From NCBI GenBank assembly GCA_028534125.1, contig CM052817.1, positions 27,840,001 to 27,904,000 on the forward strand: a stretch of 64,000 bases of DNA, in the 5' to 3' direction. This DNA is from Lama glama. Lineage: Eukaryota. Positions 13,631 through 29,296 of this stretch are shown here, one piece after another; position 1 is the first letter of the stretch; each line of letters begins with the position of its first letter. The notes below the pieces were generated by a model. The model made no database searches and was not told where the DNA came from. It worked only from the letters and a program-made list of their open reading frames with translations. A program made the translations under genes and the position numbers.

Positions 13631-16530
13631 AGAATGAGGAATTCTCAGGCCAAGGGAAAAATCAAGAGAGATAAACAGAGTAGATTGATGTAGAAATATA
13701 GGTTCTGTGTAAGGGCATAAACCACTCTCTTATCAATACAGTAAGCTAAATTTAGTACTAGACTTTGTAACTTTTTATGCCTTCTTAGGAAGATAAGCCT
13801 GCCTGGGGAGGTGGAGCAGGCAGTGAAGATTATTTCCTGGATTTCCCCTGTCTTCAAGAAAGCTGAGGTTGCCAAATAGTTAAGTTCTAGATGGAAGAGG
13901 CTAAATGACACATAAACTAAAGAAGTATTAGACCCTAGTTTTTTTTATATACCAAATTGGAATAGCCATGCAGACAGCTGCAAATGTCGTCTCTACTTTC
14001 AAGCCCCGTTCACATGGAGAAGCCAAAAATAGATGCCAAAGATGAAGTTTCTTCTTGTCCTTGGATACAAAAAGTATTTAAAGAAATATAAAGTGTAGTG
14101 ATTTTATAGAATGAATGGTTGCACAAAATCAGATGATAGAATAGACAAGGCAGAAAGAATTCCAAAGCCCAGTTCTGAGGACAGGAAGGGGGGCACATTA
14201 CAAAGACGACACTGTCGGCCCCTTTGCTGCAGGAGTGTATAACACTGAGTTCATTTTCCACGCTGAGTATTTGCGTCTGTCACATCCATGTTCTCTGGCT
14301 GATGCCCTCAGACAACACACAGCAGGTGTTTGCAAGCCAAGGTCAAGTGTGCATTCTGTATTCCTGAGACAGAGGAAACTTAGTTGACCCACAGGTGTAG
14401 AAATGAGGACCTTTACCTCATTGGCCCCTTATGTTACCAACAGCGCTAACAAAATACAGGCTATTTGAAAAAAGAAGAAACTTAAAAGATGCCTTTGACA
14501 GCAATTGTATAGCAGCTTTCAAAAGAAATCCATATGATTTACAAACTTGAAGGGTGACTTAAAAATTTTCAAAACGTTCTGTGTGGCTGGTAAGGGCGAG
14601 AAGGGGAGTAAGAAGACAGAAATAAGACAAGAACCCTCTGTGTTTTCTTTCTCCTCTGTAAACCTCTCCCCCACCAAAAGAACACATGGCCCTTGAGCAG
14701 CGACTTACCATTTTTCCAGGGTCAGTTCACTTTCTGTGCTGCTCTAAACCCTGCTGAAAGCCAGCTCCTCCGGGAGCCCCAGGAATTGGGGCTGGCCTCT
14801 CTTCAGTCTGCAAGCACTCAGAAGGAAATGCCCCTTGCTGAGAAAGGGGTGGCCTTGGGGGCGGGGGTAGGAATCCATCTACTGTCAAGGAAGTTTCAAT
14901 TAAATACGGATGCCAATTAATTTAATTTATATTTCTGCATGAAAAATATCATTCTATTATACAGGCACTGGAAGGATGCCAGGAACCCAGGTTAATAAAT
15001 TACATCTCTACTGACATAATATGGAATCGCAGACTAATCGGATACTTATTAAATGCCCACCTGTGCTTGGGGCTACACCTTGTAGAAATCCAGCTGAAAT
15101 AAGGTCTGTATGGCAGGGCTTGTCCCTACACTGTGATCATCTGACACCCACCCTTACCCCCCTCTGCTCCTAGCTTTGGGGCATGTCTCGGGAGAACAGC
15201 TCTAGAAAAGAATAATCAATATTCAATTGCCAGTAGTTATGAATAGGCACATTGAATGAATAAGGGAATGAATGATGGAGAATTGTAAATAATCCATGCA
15301 AATTAATCAGGGCATGGGCCTATATTGGTTAGCAGGAAACTTGCCATGATTATTTAAATATAGATTCAAACCAGCTGGTGGTATAGGTAATACCTACTGT
15401 TTCTGAAGCCCCGACTCTGAGCCAGACTTGTTACATGTTTTATTTTGAATCCTTATAACAATCCTCCAAGGTAGGGAAGGATTGTTCCCACCGCCCTTAT
15501 TTTAGAGACAGGGAAGCTGAGGTTCAGTTAGCGGAAATGACCTTGCTCAAGTTCACATGATCAGAAAGAGGCACACTCAAACCCAGACGTGTCTGATTCA
15601 GACCTGGAATACTCTTTCTGTTGTGCTGGCTGGTTTTCTCTGCGTCCTAGCTCTGCTCTCTTGGGCAAGTGTCACCACTGTCTCCATGGGGAATTGGCTG
15701 GTGACTGCCTTGTTCTCGCAGTGCTGACCCTCTGGACAGTTCCAATTAGATCACCAGGAGTTGACTCTACAAATACCCCCTGTCCTGGAAATTCACCCTG
15801 CTCTCCACTGGTTCAGCTCCCAGATACTTACTTGCTGCAGCTCTGTATGGTAGCGAAATAATATCACTCAATTGTCACAAATCCTCAGCCAGTCATCTAT
15901 AAAGTCAGTTATTTACTCACCGTTTACCGAGCACTCACTATGTACCAGGTGCTCTGTGAGGTCCCACGATGCAACAATGAAAAAGGTCAAACTGATGGAG
16001 AAGATAGATGCCCTATCTTACCTAACCTTGTATTACCATGAGGTGTGGTAGATGCTTGGAATTACGGATGGAAAACATTCACCTCGTCATTTATTCATCA
16101 TTCACTGATTCTCTCTATGACTATTTATTTACTGAGACCCTAGGATGTGCCGGGCAATGGGCCCACTCTACCATGTGCGAGCCAGGGTACCAGTGGAGGA
16201 CACTGACCTGAATCTGCCCGTTCCTGACTCCATCTTGCACTGCAAGGGCCTCTCATGTTCATGTGTGGACACCCTCACCTGCATTTACAAGTTTATAACC
16301 ATGTCCTCCCAGAACCACTTATGACCTGGAAAAAGTTTTTTCAACTCCTAGAAACCAGCTTGGGTCTATCTGAGCAGGGATTGCTGGGGTCCCAAGGCCC
16401 AGAGACTGGTAAAGAAAGGGAGGAAATGGGCTTCGGTTGGGCACAACCCATTGCCTCTATTCATTCATTCCCCTGTGGGTGTGGGCAAGGGCTGCGGAGG
16501 CCCAGAGGGATGAAAAGATGGTCCTCAGAC

Positions 16531-16665
16531 CAGCAGTTTCTACATCACCTGGGAGCTTGTGGTTAATGCAGAATCCCAGGCCCCTCCACAGACCCTGGGA
16601 ACCTAAGTGTGCATCTTAACACCCCAGGTGATTCGTATGCACGTTATGGTTTGAGAAACACTGCT
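16531..16665. mobile_element. hAT MITE (MER5A-like)
   Basis: CATCACCTGGGAGCTTG...ATGCAGAATCCCAGGCCCC...CCAGGTGATTC...GTTTGAGAAACACTG. Confidence 0.75.
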
Positions 16666-17469
16666 CTAAGGGCCCTATGTCTAATCCCCTGTTTACAAAC
16701 CAAGAGTCCAAGGCTAAAGAACAAGGCGAGGGGAGGGGCACAACTCGGGGCAGGGCTGCCGGGGTCTGGGAGTACACTTCTGGGCACCTGGCTATTCTCT
16801 ACAGGCGAATATACACCAAAGCAAATTTGAGAAAATATGCCTTTCCAGTAACTCAGATTAACAGGGTCCGGGATTCAGAGATTTGTAGTGAGTGATCCAA
16901 GGAAGAGAAGAAGTCCACCAAGTCATGAGCAGAAAGTAATTCAAGGAAGGTTAGTGAGTGATAATACATCTTTCCAGGAAGAAACCTGAGGGATGGTTGA
17001 GAAACTTTTGGTTTTCTATTTTATTTCTGGATCTAGAGCACATGAGCTGGAGGGGATTTCCATAGCCAAAGTGAATTGTCCTTTTTTATTGATTTATTTT
17101 TTCACTTCTGCATTCCTTTGGCCTTTCCTTCTTCTTTCCTTAGTACATTTTAGGTCCCAGCCCTTTCTGATGTATCTATTTCGCCTTGTTTTCCTTTACT
17201 TCTCTGCATTTGCCTTTCTCAGATCTTTCACTCTGCTCCAAAGAACATAAAACAAAGAGAAGTGAACGAGACTAGGTTGCAAAATATGGTCTGGGGTCAG
17301 TTTCATGCTGCTAACGATTCCTTTCTATTAAAAATAAAAAAATTTAAATATGCAATTTTAATTCATACATTAAAAATAGAAAGAATTGCATTTTGATTTT
17401 GAAAGTGCCCTTCACCCAGTTACAATGATCAACATATTCTCAATTGGGTTTAAGCTTCTCTGTTCCATC

Positions 17470-17622
17470 TTCACTTCTCTATTTCTCTTCTACCTTTTAT
17501 TTCTCCCCTCCCTTCCTTCCTTTAGTCCTTCCTTCCATCGTCCCTCCTACTTCTCTCTCCTCTCCTCTATTCTGTCTCCTCCTCCGTCTTTCTCTCCCTT
17601 TCTCCCCTCCCCCATCTTTCTC
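17470..17622. repeat. Polypyrimidine (CT-rich) low-complexity tract
   Basis: ~150 nt almost entirely C/T on the + strand. Confidence 0.85.
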
Positions 17623-19139
17623 TGGCGTTTATTAAAGCAAATCCCAGACATCATATCATTTAACTCATTTCCTATAGCATTTCCCGAAGGCAGGGAGGGC
17701 CACAAGAGAACGTAAGCTGAGGAAATGATCTCTTATGATTGTGTTCTTCACCAAAATATGGAATTTGTGTTAGAGATAAGGAAAAATATAGAATTTCTAA
17801 AACCTCTACATAATACCCCAGGTGGTGCAGATTTTATTTTCCGTCTCCACGTCCTCTCTCTAGAGTCTCTGAGGGGGGTCTATGAGAACTTTTAAATCTT
17901 CCTTTACTATTAAAGTAGTAATAGAATAACAGCAACTTTGGATGTTTATAAATTTAAAAAGAATATATTCTCTTTCTGTTTGCAAAGAGCATTCTGGGAG
18001 CATAACTTTAGCAGTAAAAAATTGTCAGTGCAAAATTTATAGAGATCTTCTATGACAAGAAACCAAACACATTTTCTCCCTACGGAAACCCCCCTGAGCT
18101 GATTGTTGTAATGGTTTAAAGGCGCTTTGGATCAGGATCTAGATAGGAAAGCATGGTGTACCATTGCTTTAATCTCCACACACATCAGAGCTAAGGAGTA
18201 CCAAGTAATCTGGAGGTTCGGTTATTTTCCATTAGTAAATATTCAACTAAATTTCAGTAAAATGCCTTCTAAGTAAGTCAAATGGACAGGGGCTTTGAAT
18301 GAGGGAATTAATTATAGCTGGTGTCCCAAGGAAAAGAACCCCACTGTGGCATGGAGAATGTAATTAATGGGAGGTAAGTGCCAACAAATCACTCCCTAAA
18401 ATATTAATGCTATCAAAGAACAGCTGGATAATGAGAGAAACTTGACCCCTGGGGGACTGGCAGAGGTTGCTGTTGCTCCTGCAGAACTTTATGCAGTTGT
18501 GATGTCATGGATTTCCTCTAAATTTAACAAAAAAAAAATATTAAGAGGTGTGGTTCTGGGAAAGTTATTAGCAGCAAACATGTCTTTGTAGTTTTATCAT
18601 CTTACTATGATCATTATATCTCACTGTTGCTGTGGTTCTACATGACTTTCCCCCTTAATTGCTCAGGATTTATATAATCCAAACAGCACCCCTTAAAAAA
18701 AAAAACTCTTTAAGTCTGGACTTTTCTTTCTTTCTTTCTTTCTTTTTTTTTTTTTTTGGTAAGTAAAAACACAGTACCTAAGAATTCCTGCAAAAATAAT
18801 TTCCCATGTGCTTAATGTAAGTCCTTTAAGTCAAGAAAAACTGTCTCGTTTGTTTGTGGATAAAAGCCTAAATTTCATTTGATTTTACTTAATAGCATAT
18901 TATTGTCCAAAGAAATATTTAAGAAAGCAATGAAGTTAAATACTTGCACAGTCCTACTTAACATATAACAACATTTGGGGGCATATTTTTGCATTATCAT
19001 AACTAAATACTCATCCCAGTATTTAAACCCAGAAGTCAGAAGTGATTCTTTACTTGGAATATACTTTAAGTTACATTTTAAAACAGAAACCGTTTCATTC
19101 AGAGTTTTTTTAAAAAAAAAAAAGCTTCTATGAACCGAC

Positions 19140-21950
<2,811 letters not shown>

Positions 21951-23499
21951 AAGAGGCTGAAGAGATAATTAATGGTCCTGGAGCCCTGGACCCCCTGAGA
22001 CTGACAACCCAGAGGAAAGGGGAGCCTGCCCTTCCTTAGAACTCCCTTAGACCTCCAAGGAATTCAATTTAGGAGGGAAAATACCAATCTAGAGGATTAG
22101 GGTAGTGGTGTCTGGAGAAAAGATGCTCAGTGGGAAGGAGGGCCGCCTGGCCTGTCAGGAAAATACAGACTCTGCCTTGTGGCTTGACTCCACTCACCCC
22201 GGGGGAACCCGGTGCCCTCTGCGGAGTGAGTGTAAGTGCCCAGCGGACAGCGGGGACTCCTTCCAGGCCTCCTTGCTCTGCTCTGCTGCCCAGCCCAGCG
22301 GAAGAGGGGGCAGTCTCAGCAGTCACCCAGGCTGGAATCTGCCCAGTCTCAGGGACTGTGCCTCTCTTGCTGGCCAGCTTGTAGCCCTGGGCCAGTTACT
22401 TAATTGCTCCGGGCCTCTTCTTGACTCTAACATGGGCATATTGCTGTCAGAGGGGTTAAGCTGTGGATTAAGTGAATGTATGAAGGCTTAGTAAGGTGCT
22501 GGGTAAGTAGGCACTTTGGGCTTGCCTTCCACAGGGACTACTAAACGTGGCCGAATGGGTGGTCTGCTAAAGAGCTTACCCATAGGAGCCCACAGATCTT
22601 GGCGTGGGTAGTTACCTGTCACTCACTGCCTGTGTGTCTTTGGGAAAGTTAACAACCCTCCAATATGTTTCCATATCTGGAAAATGGAGAGTTATCATCC
22701 AACTAATACCATCATACTATCCCACCTCCCCAGGTCTCCATGGACCCCACAATAAATACGGAAGAGCCAGGCACTTGGTAGGGCCTTAGTAAGTGCAGGT
22801 TTCTCCCTTCTACCTCTAAGCTGGAGGTTGCATCCAGCGGTGGCTCTATTTGACAGGAGACACACCTGAAGGGTTGCCCAGGTGGGGCTTTGGAGTGGGA
22901 GATTTTATGTCTGCTCTGTAGAGAGAGAAGGAAACTGAGGTTTGCTCTGAGGGATGCTCTCACAGAAAGTCTGGGCGGCCAACACCAATAGCTGCGTCGT
23001 GGTCTGAGGTTCAGCCTGACCTTTCAGAGTCGGTGAGAACCCAGAGGCTGAGGTGTGGCAGCTGGAGTGGCATCCCAAATAGTTTCTAAAAAGAAGCATC
23101 CAGAGATGAGAGGCACTTTGTGATGCACTAGGAGACACAGTTAATTGGGACCCACTACAGAGTTCTTTATACTGTTCTTTCTGTAGTCTTGTAAATTCCT
23201 GGGGGTGTCATTTAACAGGCCTGGTTCTCGTTGCTTAGATTGGAGATTCTTGGAGAGGAGATGGATTTCCAGCCTCAGAGCCCTAAGTGGCCCACCTTGT
23301 GATAAAACTACTAAAACCCGCATTGAAAGCCAGTGTTATAGTAACCCCCATACTCATCCTTTCCCTTCCGCCAGTGCAGGAACAGGAGGATAGATTCTGT
23401 TCCTTCTGACTTCCAGATGTGCAACATGATGGCTAATTGCTAACAGAGTCTACAGTATCAGTTTGCTTTCTCCCTGCTAGGAGCAAGAATATTCCATCA

Positions 23500-23835
23500 A
23501 TATCACTTATATGTGGAGTCTAAAAAAAGACACAAGTGTATTTACAAAATAGAAATAGACTCACAGACATAGAAAACAAACTTACAAACAAAGGGGAATG
23601 AGGGGGAGGGATAAATTTGGAGTTTGGGATTCGAAGAAACACAATACTATATATAAAACAGATAAACAAGCAAGACCTGCTGTACAGCACAGGGGAACTA
23701 TATTCACTATCTTGTAATAACCTATAATGGAAAAGAAGCTGAAAAAGAATAGATATATATGTATAACTGAATCACTTTGCTGTACACCTGAAACATTATA
23801 AATCATTACAATTTAAAAGAAAGTAAAAAAAAAAA
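23500..23835 (+). mobile_element. 5'-truncated L1 3' end in the SHISA3 intron
   Basis: ATATCACTTATATGTGGA...GACTCACAGACATAGAAAACAAACTTA...TATAACTGAATCACTTTGCTGTACACCTGAAAC, poly-A; perfect 15-bp TSD AAGAATATTCCATCA (23485-23499 / 23836-23850). Confidence 0.92.
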
Positions 23836-24005
23836 AAGAATATTCCATCATCACAGTTTGCACTCCAGAGGTTACCAGTAACAAGCTCTGAGAAGCTGGG
23901 CTGACAAGTGTGTTAATACCGACCTCCCACCTTCCTCCCTTAAGCACTCCGGACTTCGGGAGACTCTTGTCCAAGCATCTGTGCATGTCTGTTTTTGCCT
24001 TTTAG

Positions 24006-24445
24006 AGCCGGTCTACGTCCCCTTCCTGATTGTCGGCTCCATCTTCATTGCCTTCATCATCCTGGGCTCTTTGGTGGCTATTTATTGCTGCACCTGCTTG
24101 AGACCCAAGGAGCCCTCACAGCAGCCAATCCGCTTCTCGCTCCGCAGCTATCAGACAGAGACCCTGCCCATGATCTTGACCTCCACGAGCCTCAGGGCAC
24201 CTTCCAGGCAGTCCAGCACGGCCACCAGCTCCAGCTCCACAGGAGGCTCCATCCGAAGGTTCTCCTTTGCCAGGGCGGAGCCAGGCTGCCTGGTGCCCTC
24301 ACCGCCCCCGCCTTACACCACAGGCCACCCCATCCACCTGACCCAGCCATCGGGTTTCCTGGTGTCGCCCCAGTACTTCGCTTACCCGCTCCAGCAGGAG
24401 CCCCCGCTGCCCGGGAAGAGCTGTCCAGACTTCAGTTCCAGTTGA
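24006..24445 (+). CDS. SHISA3: Protein shisa-3 homolog, coding exon 2 (TM helix, YCCTC cysteine cluster, Ser/Pro-rich tail with PPPY motif)
   Basis: Acceptor tgtttttgccttttag|AG restores codon C|AG (Gln), then PVYVPFLIVGSIFIAFIILGSLVAIYCCTCLRPK...PPPPY...CPDFSSS, TGA at 24443-24445. 277+440=717 nt = 238 aa + stop. Confidence 0.97.
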
Positions 24446-25470
24446 CAGGCCACCGCTACAGATCTGCCACCTGGTACAATGACAGACCAGTGGGGCACTG
24501 CTGCCATTGCCACCAGGATTTCTGAGGGAATTTCCCTTGAACCCAGCAACATCCTGGAGGAAAGAACAAGGAAAACATAGCACTTTTTGTCTTACGATTC
24601 CTGTGTTCAGTCACAGAATGACTGTGTTAGATAATTGCTTTCTGGCTTTGAAAACAAGATGCTTACTACATTTCAATTTATGCAACTTTTATTCAGAATA
24701 TGCAGCAGTCGACTTTAAAGTTACAAATTGGCTGAAGATGTTTTATTGGACAACTCAGCTATACTGCTTAGAAAAGGTCTACGTGTTTTTTCATTATAAG
24801 TTGTTTAGTGAGTGATAATACAAATACATACATAAATAAGCAGAGAAAAATGCCTGATTGTAATGATTGAAGGTTCACTAAAAAAATTAACTACTAAGTA
24901 AACTGTGAGGGCAGTGAACAACCAATTTATGATTTGCAAAGCAACCTAACCGTGAATATTAACATCATGAGAACAGCTACGTTTTAAATTAATAACTAAA
25001 TTTTGTTTAAGATATAAAAGCTTTTTCGGAATACAAGATTTCAATAACCACATGAGGAGTTTAACACAAAATATTTACCCAGATATTCATTATAACAGAG
25101 ATCTTAGGTAAAAGCATTTCTCCCACCCACTCAAGGGAATATTTATTGCAGACTTCTTTTGTTCAGCAACATTTAGTGTTTAAATGAAAGTTGGACAGTC
25201 AGGTCTTAAAACATTTACTTGTAAAATGAGTTATGTACAAATGTAAAGAATTGTAATTTAATGTATTTACCACATTGACGGTACTAATTATTTAGTAGTC
25301 ACACTGTAATTGTTTATGTTAATAATAACTGTGGAGTTCAAAGTCCAGCTTTGGCTATAATCATCTAATATTATGTATCTTGAATGCCACTGAATGCCAT
25401 GTCTGATGACTAAATATTTGGGCACATATTTCCTGCTGGGTTAGAATAAATAAAATACTGTATGTTTTCA
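24446..25470 (+). other. SHISA3: SHISA3 3'UTR with polyadenylation signal
   Basis: AT-rich, repeat-free sequence after the stop. AATAAA at 25445-25450 (overlapping AATAAATAAA), with a second AATAAA at 25539-25544. Exact cleavage site inferred. Confidence 0.7.
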
Positions 25471-26384
25471 TGAAATCTCTTTGAAATTTTAGATCAAAGT
25501 GCTTCATTTTATCTCTTTAATGATACCCTTTGCTACTCAATAAAAGGAAATGTCTTTACTTAACATTTCATATTTTGAAATTAAAAAAAAGATCCCACAC
25601 TGATTTTGAATCACATTAAAAAGCTATTTTCTACACTGGGGCTCAGGAAATCAGCTGAGGAAGTGAATTTTTATAGAGCTATCAGCCTGTGGGCTGCAGC
25701 CCTCATATGTGTTATTTGCATAGATTTAAATTTGGGACATTTCTCAGAAGAATCGGATTTCTCCTGCCACTGGGAGGGTGTGGCACCATGGGTCCTGTTC
25801 TGCCAGGGGGTCAGGAAGTCCTTTTCAGGCAGGACACTTGCCTTTTGCCAGCCTCCTGCCTGGTTCTCAACATCCCCCCCACCCCACCCCGTCAACCTGG
25901 CTTCTCTTCCTCAGCTCTGTTAACCTCCTGGCCCCTGAGGGTGTTGTCAGGAAACCCAGGAGCACTTATATGAGTTCATACTCTCCTATGTCGTCCTCAG
26001 TAGCTCGTATCAAATACAGGTACACAGAAGTGGAGTTCTTACCTCAGAGAAGTCATTTGGCCTTGACTCTGTTTTCTAGTTAAGGAAATGAGTTCAGAGA
26101 TACTGTGCTTTTGCCCAGTCGGATGGCAGAGGAGCTCTGGCTTCGAGTCTCCTGCTTTCTCTTGTAACTAAAATTGGCCTGACTTCCAGGTATCCCCAAT
26201 TAGCCAAATAATTAAGAAATGAAGGAATGGAGGGAGGGAAGGAGGGAAAGAGAAGGGAAGGAAAGGGAGAGAGGAAGGGCTGAACACAAAAGGATAAACA
26301 CTTGTGAGAAGCTCTGCAATTCACTCCTATGTCATTAGGCTGGCTTTATTCATGCTTGTTATGTACTGCTCCTTTGAAGTGTGT

Positions 26385-26528
26385 TTTTTAAAAATTTTGA
26401 GGGGGAGATAATTAGGTTTGCTTGTTTGTTTATTTCTTTATCAACAGAGGGACTGGAGATTGAACCCAGGACCTTGTGCATGCTAATACTAAGGGTAGCA
26501 CTCCATCACTGAGCTAAACCATCCCCTC
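26385..26528 (-). mobile_element. tRNA-derived SINE (Vic-1-like), diverged
   Basis: GATAATTAGGTTT...GATTGAACCCAGGACCTTGTGCATGCTAA...CACTGAGCTA matches the family in reverse. Confidence 0.8.
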
Positions 26529-27309
26529 CTTTGATCTTTTAAAAGTTAATCTTTACTGGGCTCTTACTACCCAAACTCTAGTCTAAATATTTACACGCAC
26601 TAACTCATTTCATCCACAAACAACCGCCACAGGGAGGTGTTATAATTCCTGTTTATAAATTTGGAAACCGAGGCATAGTGGAATGAAGTTAACTTGCCCA
26701 AGGTCCCACAGCTAGTCGATATTGGAGCTGGGTGTACAGCCAGATTCAAACAGCAAGGGAACACCTGCTTTGAGGTTTTGTTGCCTCTGTTCACAAGATC
26801 CACGGGAGAGTAAGGTGAGAGGCACTGTCCCTTTCTCTAAGGCAGTGATTGTCACCGCTACTGGACCCAGTGAGCTCTCCCTAGAACAAAGATTTTGTCA
26901 ATCCCTTTAACTGTCCTAAAATGAAATTCATGGACAAAATCACTCACTACACATATAATTAAAGATATTCAATACAATATCCTAATGGTAAATGGAAAGG
27001 AGAAAGAAAAGGAGAGGAATTTATTTCACAACGTAAGCTTCAGCAGGACGCAAATGAGAACCTCACGACCCAAGAATCACCAAGATGTGATGGCTGCCAA
27101 TCCAGGCCCACACATGTTTGCTAGACTGGCATCTCACACACCAGAGCTGCTGTTATGTGATTTCTCTTCAAACCAAGCAAAGCTGGATTTTCTTTTGATT
27201 TGCACAGTAGTTACGTATCTGGAAAATTCAGCATATATTAAGGCAGTGTGGAAAACGCTTTATTGATAAAATCGGGATTAGGTTTCTCCACAGAAAGAAC
27301 TGGCAGGAC

Positions 27310-27512
27310 ATTCCAAAGTCCTGCCCATGGACGTCAGGTCTTTGGTGGGTGGACTGACCCATGCATTGTAGGATCTCTGTTGTAACCAAGTCCCATCCGA
27401 AGAATGTCCATAGCACACCTGCCCCCACCCCCAAACATTCTGATGCCACAGATGCCCCCACCAATTCCACAATGACCACTAGAGGGCAGAACTGTCCCCA
27501 CTGAAAACCTAG
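27310..27512. mobile_element. hAT MITE fragment (MER20-like)
   Basis: CATTGTAGGAT...GATGCCCCCA...CCACTAGAGGGCAGAACTGTCCCCACTGAAAACC. Confidence 0.55.
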
Positions 27513-28540
27513 TTTGTCAGGTTTCTCAAGTGACTCTACTTCTACTTCCCACCCCTTTGGGGAATAGTTTATATCCATTAGGCAGAATAACACTAAGGAA
27601 TTCAGAAACCTCACATCTGCAACCTTCCCTTTCTTAGCAGGATGCTCCAGTCAATCAGGTTAACTAGTTTTATAAATTGTATGATTTTGTATAACTGTTT
27701 TCTAGTTAAGTAAACAAGTTAAATAGACATTGTGCACCTCATTGTACCATGGCAACCAGTGACACTGAATTGAATCGTATGCCCACATACTTGTTGACAT
27801 ACAGCACGCATCTTTGAACTTCTCTCTGGGATCTGTGTTGGTAATACTATGATTACTTACAATCCTAGGGTAAGTTGGCCATCCTGTGGCAGATTTCCAG
27901 TAATCATCCCCTCTGACAAGCATTTGCTGGACGCCACCTATGGACAGCTGGGTGTATCAAGATGAGTAAGATGTAGTTCCAATTCAAGGAGCCGTGTCTG
28001 CATGGGCTCGGGCACAACAGCAAACGCCTCTGATAAGATGCTCCAGGTACTTTATAAAGAAGCCTGTTGTCTTTTCTCCTTTCCAGGAGCTCACAGTCAC
28101 GTAGGGGAAGGTGAAGCCCCACATCAACACTTAGAGTTCACGATGGGAACTGCAGGGATAAGGAGGTGCAGAGGGCCCTGGCAGTGCATACAAAGGGCGC
28201 CTAACTCATCCTGGCACAGGGGAGATTGGACCTGAGCCTTGAGAGGGGAAGGGGCGGGGAGGGAGAGAGGGGTGCTGGAAATGAGGGGGAGAGCAGATTA
28301 GGCAAAGGATTCATACAAATGCAGAGAAACCCCATGAGTGTGAAAGAACAAGGAACATTGCGGAAACTAGACAAAGAATTCAGAGAAAGAGAGTGGAGAG
28401 AGAAGCAGGGTCAGAGCAGAGACCTGGAACACCACAGTGGCTGCACAAACACCAAATGCAAGGGGGATGAAGGATTTTATAAGGGATCGTGACCTAATCT
28501 TCATTTCAGAAAGATAAGACAGCAAATCAAATCAACTCAG

Positions 28541-28800
28541 GGGAACCTGAGTTGTCAATCAATCCACCAATCAATCACGAAACCAGGATATAAAAACAGG
28601 AAAAGCAAAGGAGCGGCGCCATTTTTCCTCTCTTGGGTTGGCCCGCCCCCAGTTCTTGGGAGTGTACTGTGTTTTACTATTTTTTTTACTTCACTAAGAA
28701 AAATCTTGCTTATATCACGCTTTTTGTCTCTTGTCAAAAAAATTTTTTTGGGGGGTGACTAAGAACCGAGGTGATTCTTATTTTCCTTTTCCTGGTAACA
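28541..28800 (+). repeat. 5' LTR (lacking ~220 bp of U3)
   Basis: Matches 33506-33763; CCAAT boxes, TATAAAA at 28589, ends ...GGTAACA. Confidence 0.93.
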
Positions 28801-28807
28801 CTAATTT

Positions 28808-28826
28808 TGGTGCCTGTGACTTGGAT
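28808..28826 (+). other. Primer binding site, tRNA-His-like
   Basis: TGGTGCCTGTGACTTGGAT versus the HERV-H His PBS TGGTGCCGTGACTCGGAT: one inserted T and one CpG transition. Confidence 0.8.
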
Positions 28827-29296
28827 CACGTGCTTAAACTTAATCTTTCCTCCTTCACTGCCATCTGCCTCCCCAAGGCCCCCGGAGCACAAGCTCCTGG
28901 GGCCAGCTGTGGGCAGGCGCTTCCATCTGGACCCTCTAACCCTGACTCACTCCTCTGTGTTTGCTCCCCCTTTCTCCAGCTATTCCAGGTGAGCAGCTCT
29001 CCTGCTCTTGGGTCACCCACCACCCGCGGGGTTAAAACTGGCTATTACCGTGGACCGCGGGGACACCCAGCGCACGGTAAGACTGTGGCCATTTCCCCCT
29101 TTCTGGAGCGGAGGCTGAGACATCAGCTTCCATCCCCGAATCAGGACCCTAGGACGCTAGGCACTGCTGATCCATGGCTACCCTCTAGGATGCATTTGGC
29201 TGGGGACAGAGGCTGAGACTCGGCCTAGTCCATGGGCTCTTCACCTTAGGACGCTAGGCTCTGATAACCCCCCTGTATCCCATCCTTGTTTTTGAG

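Noticed and set aside
23995..24525. 176-aa alternative-frame ORF over SHISA3 exon 2
   Set aside because: Starts at a non-ATG codon in the intron; a shadow of GC3-rich coding sequence.
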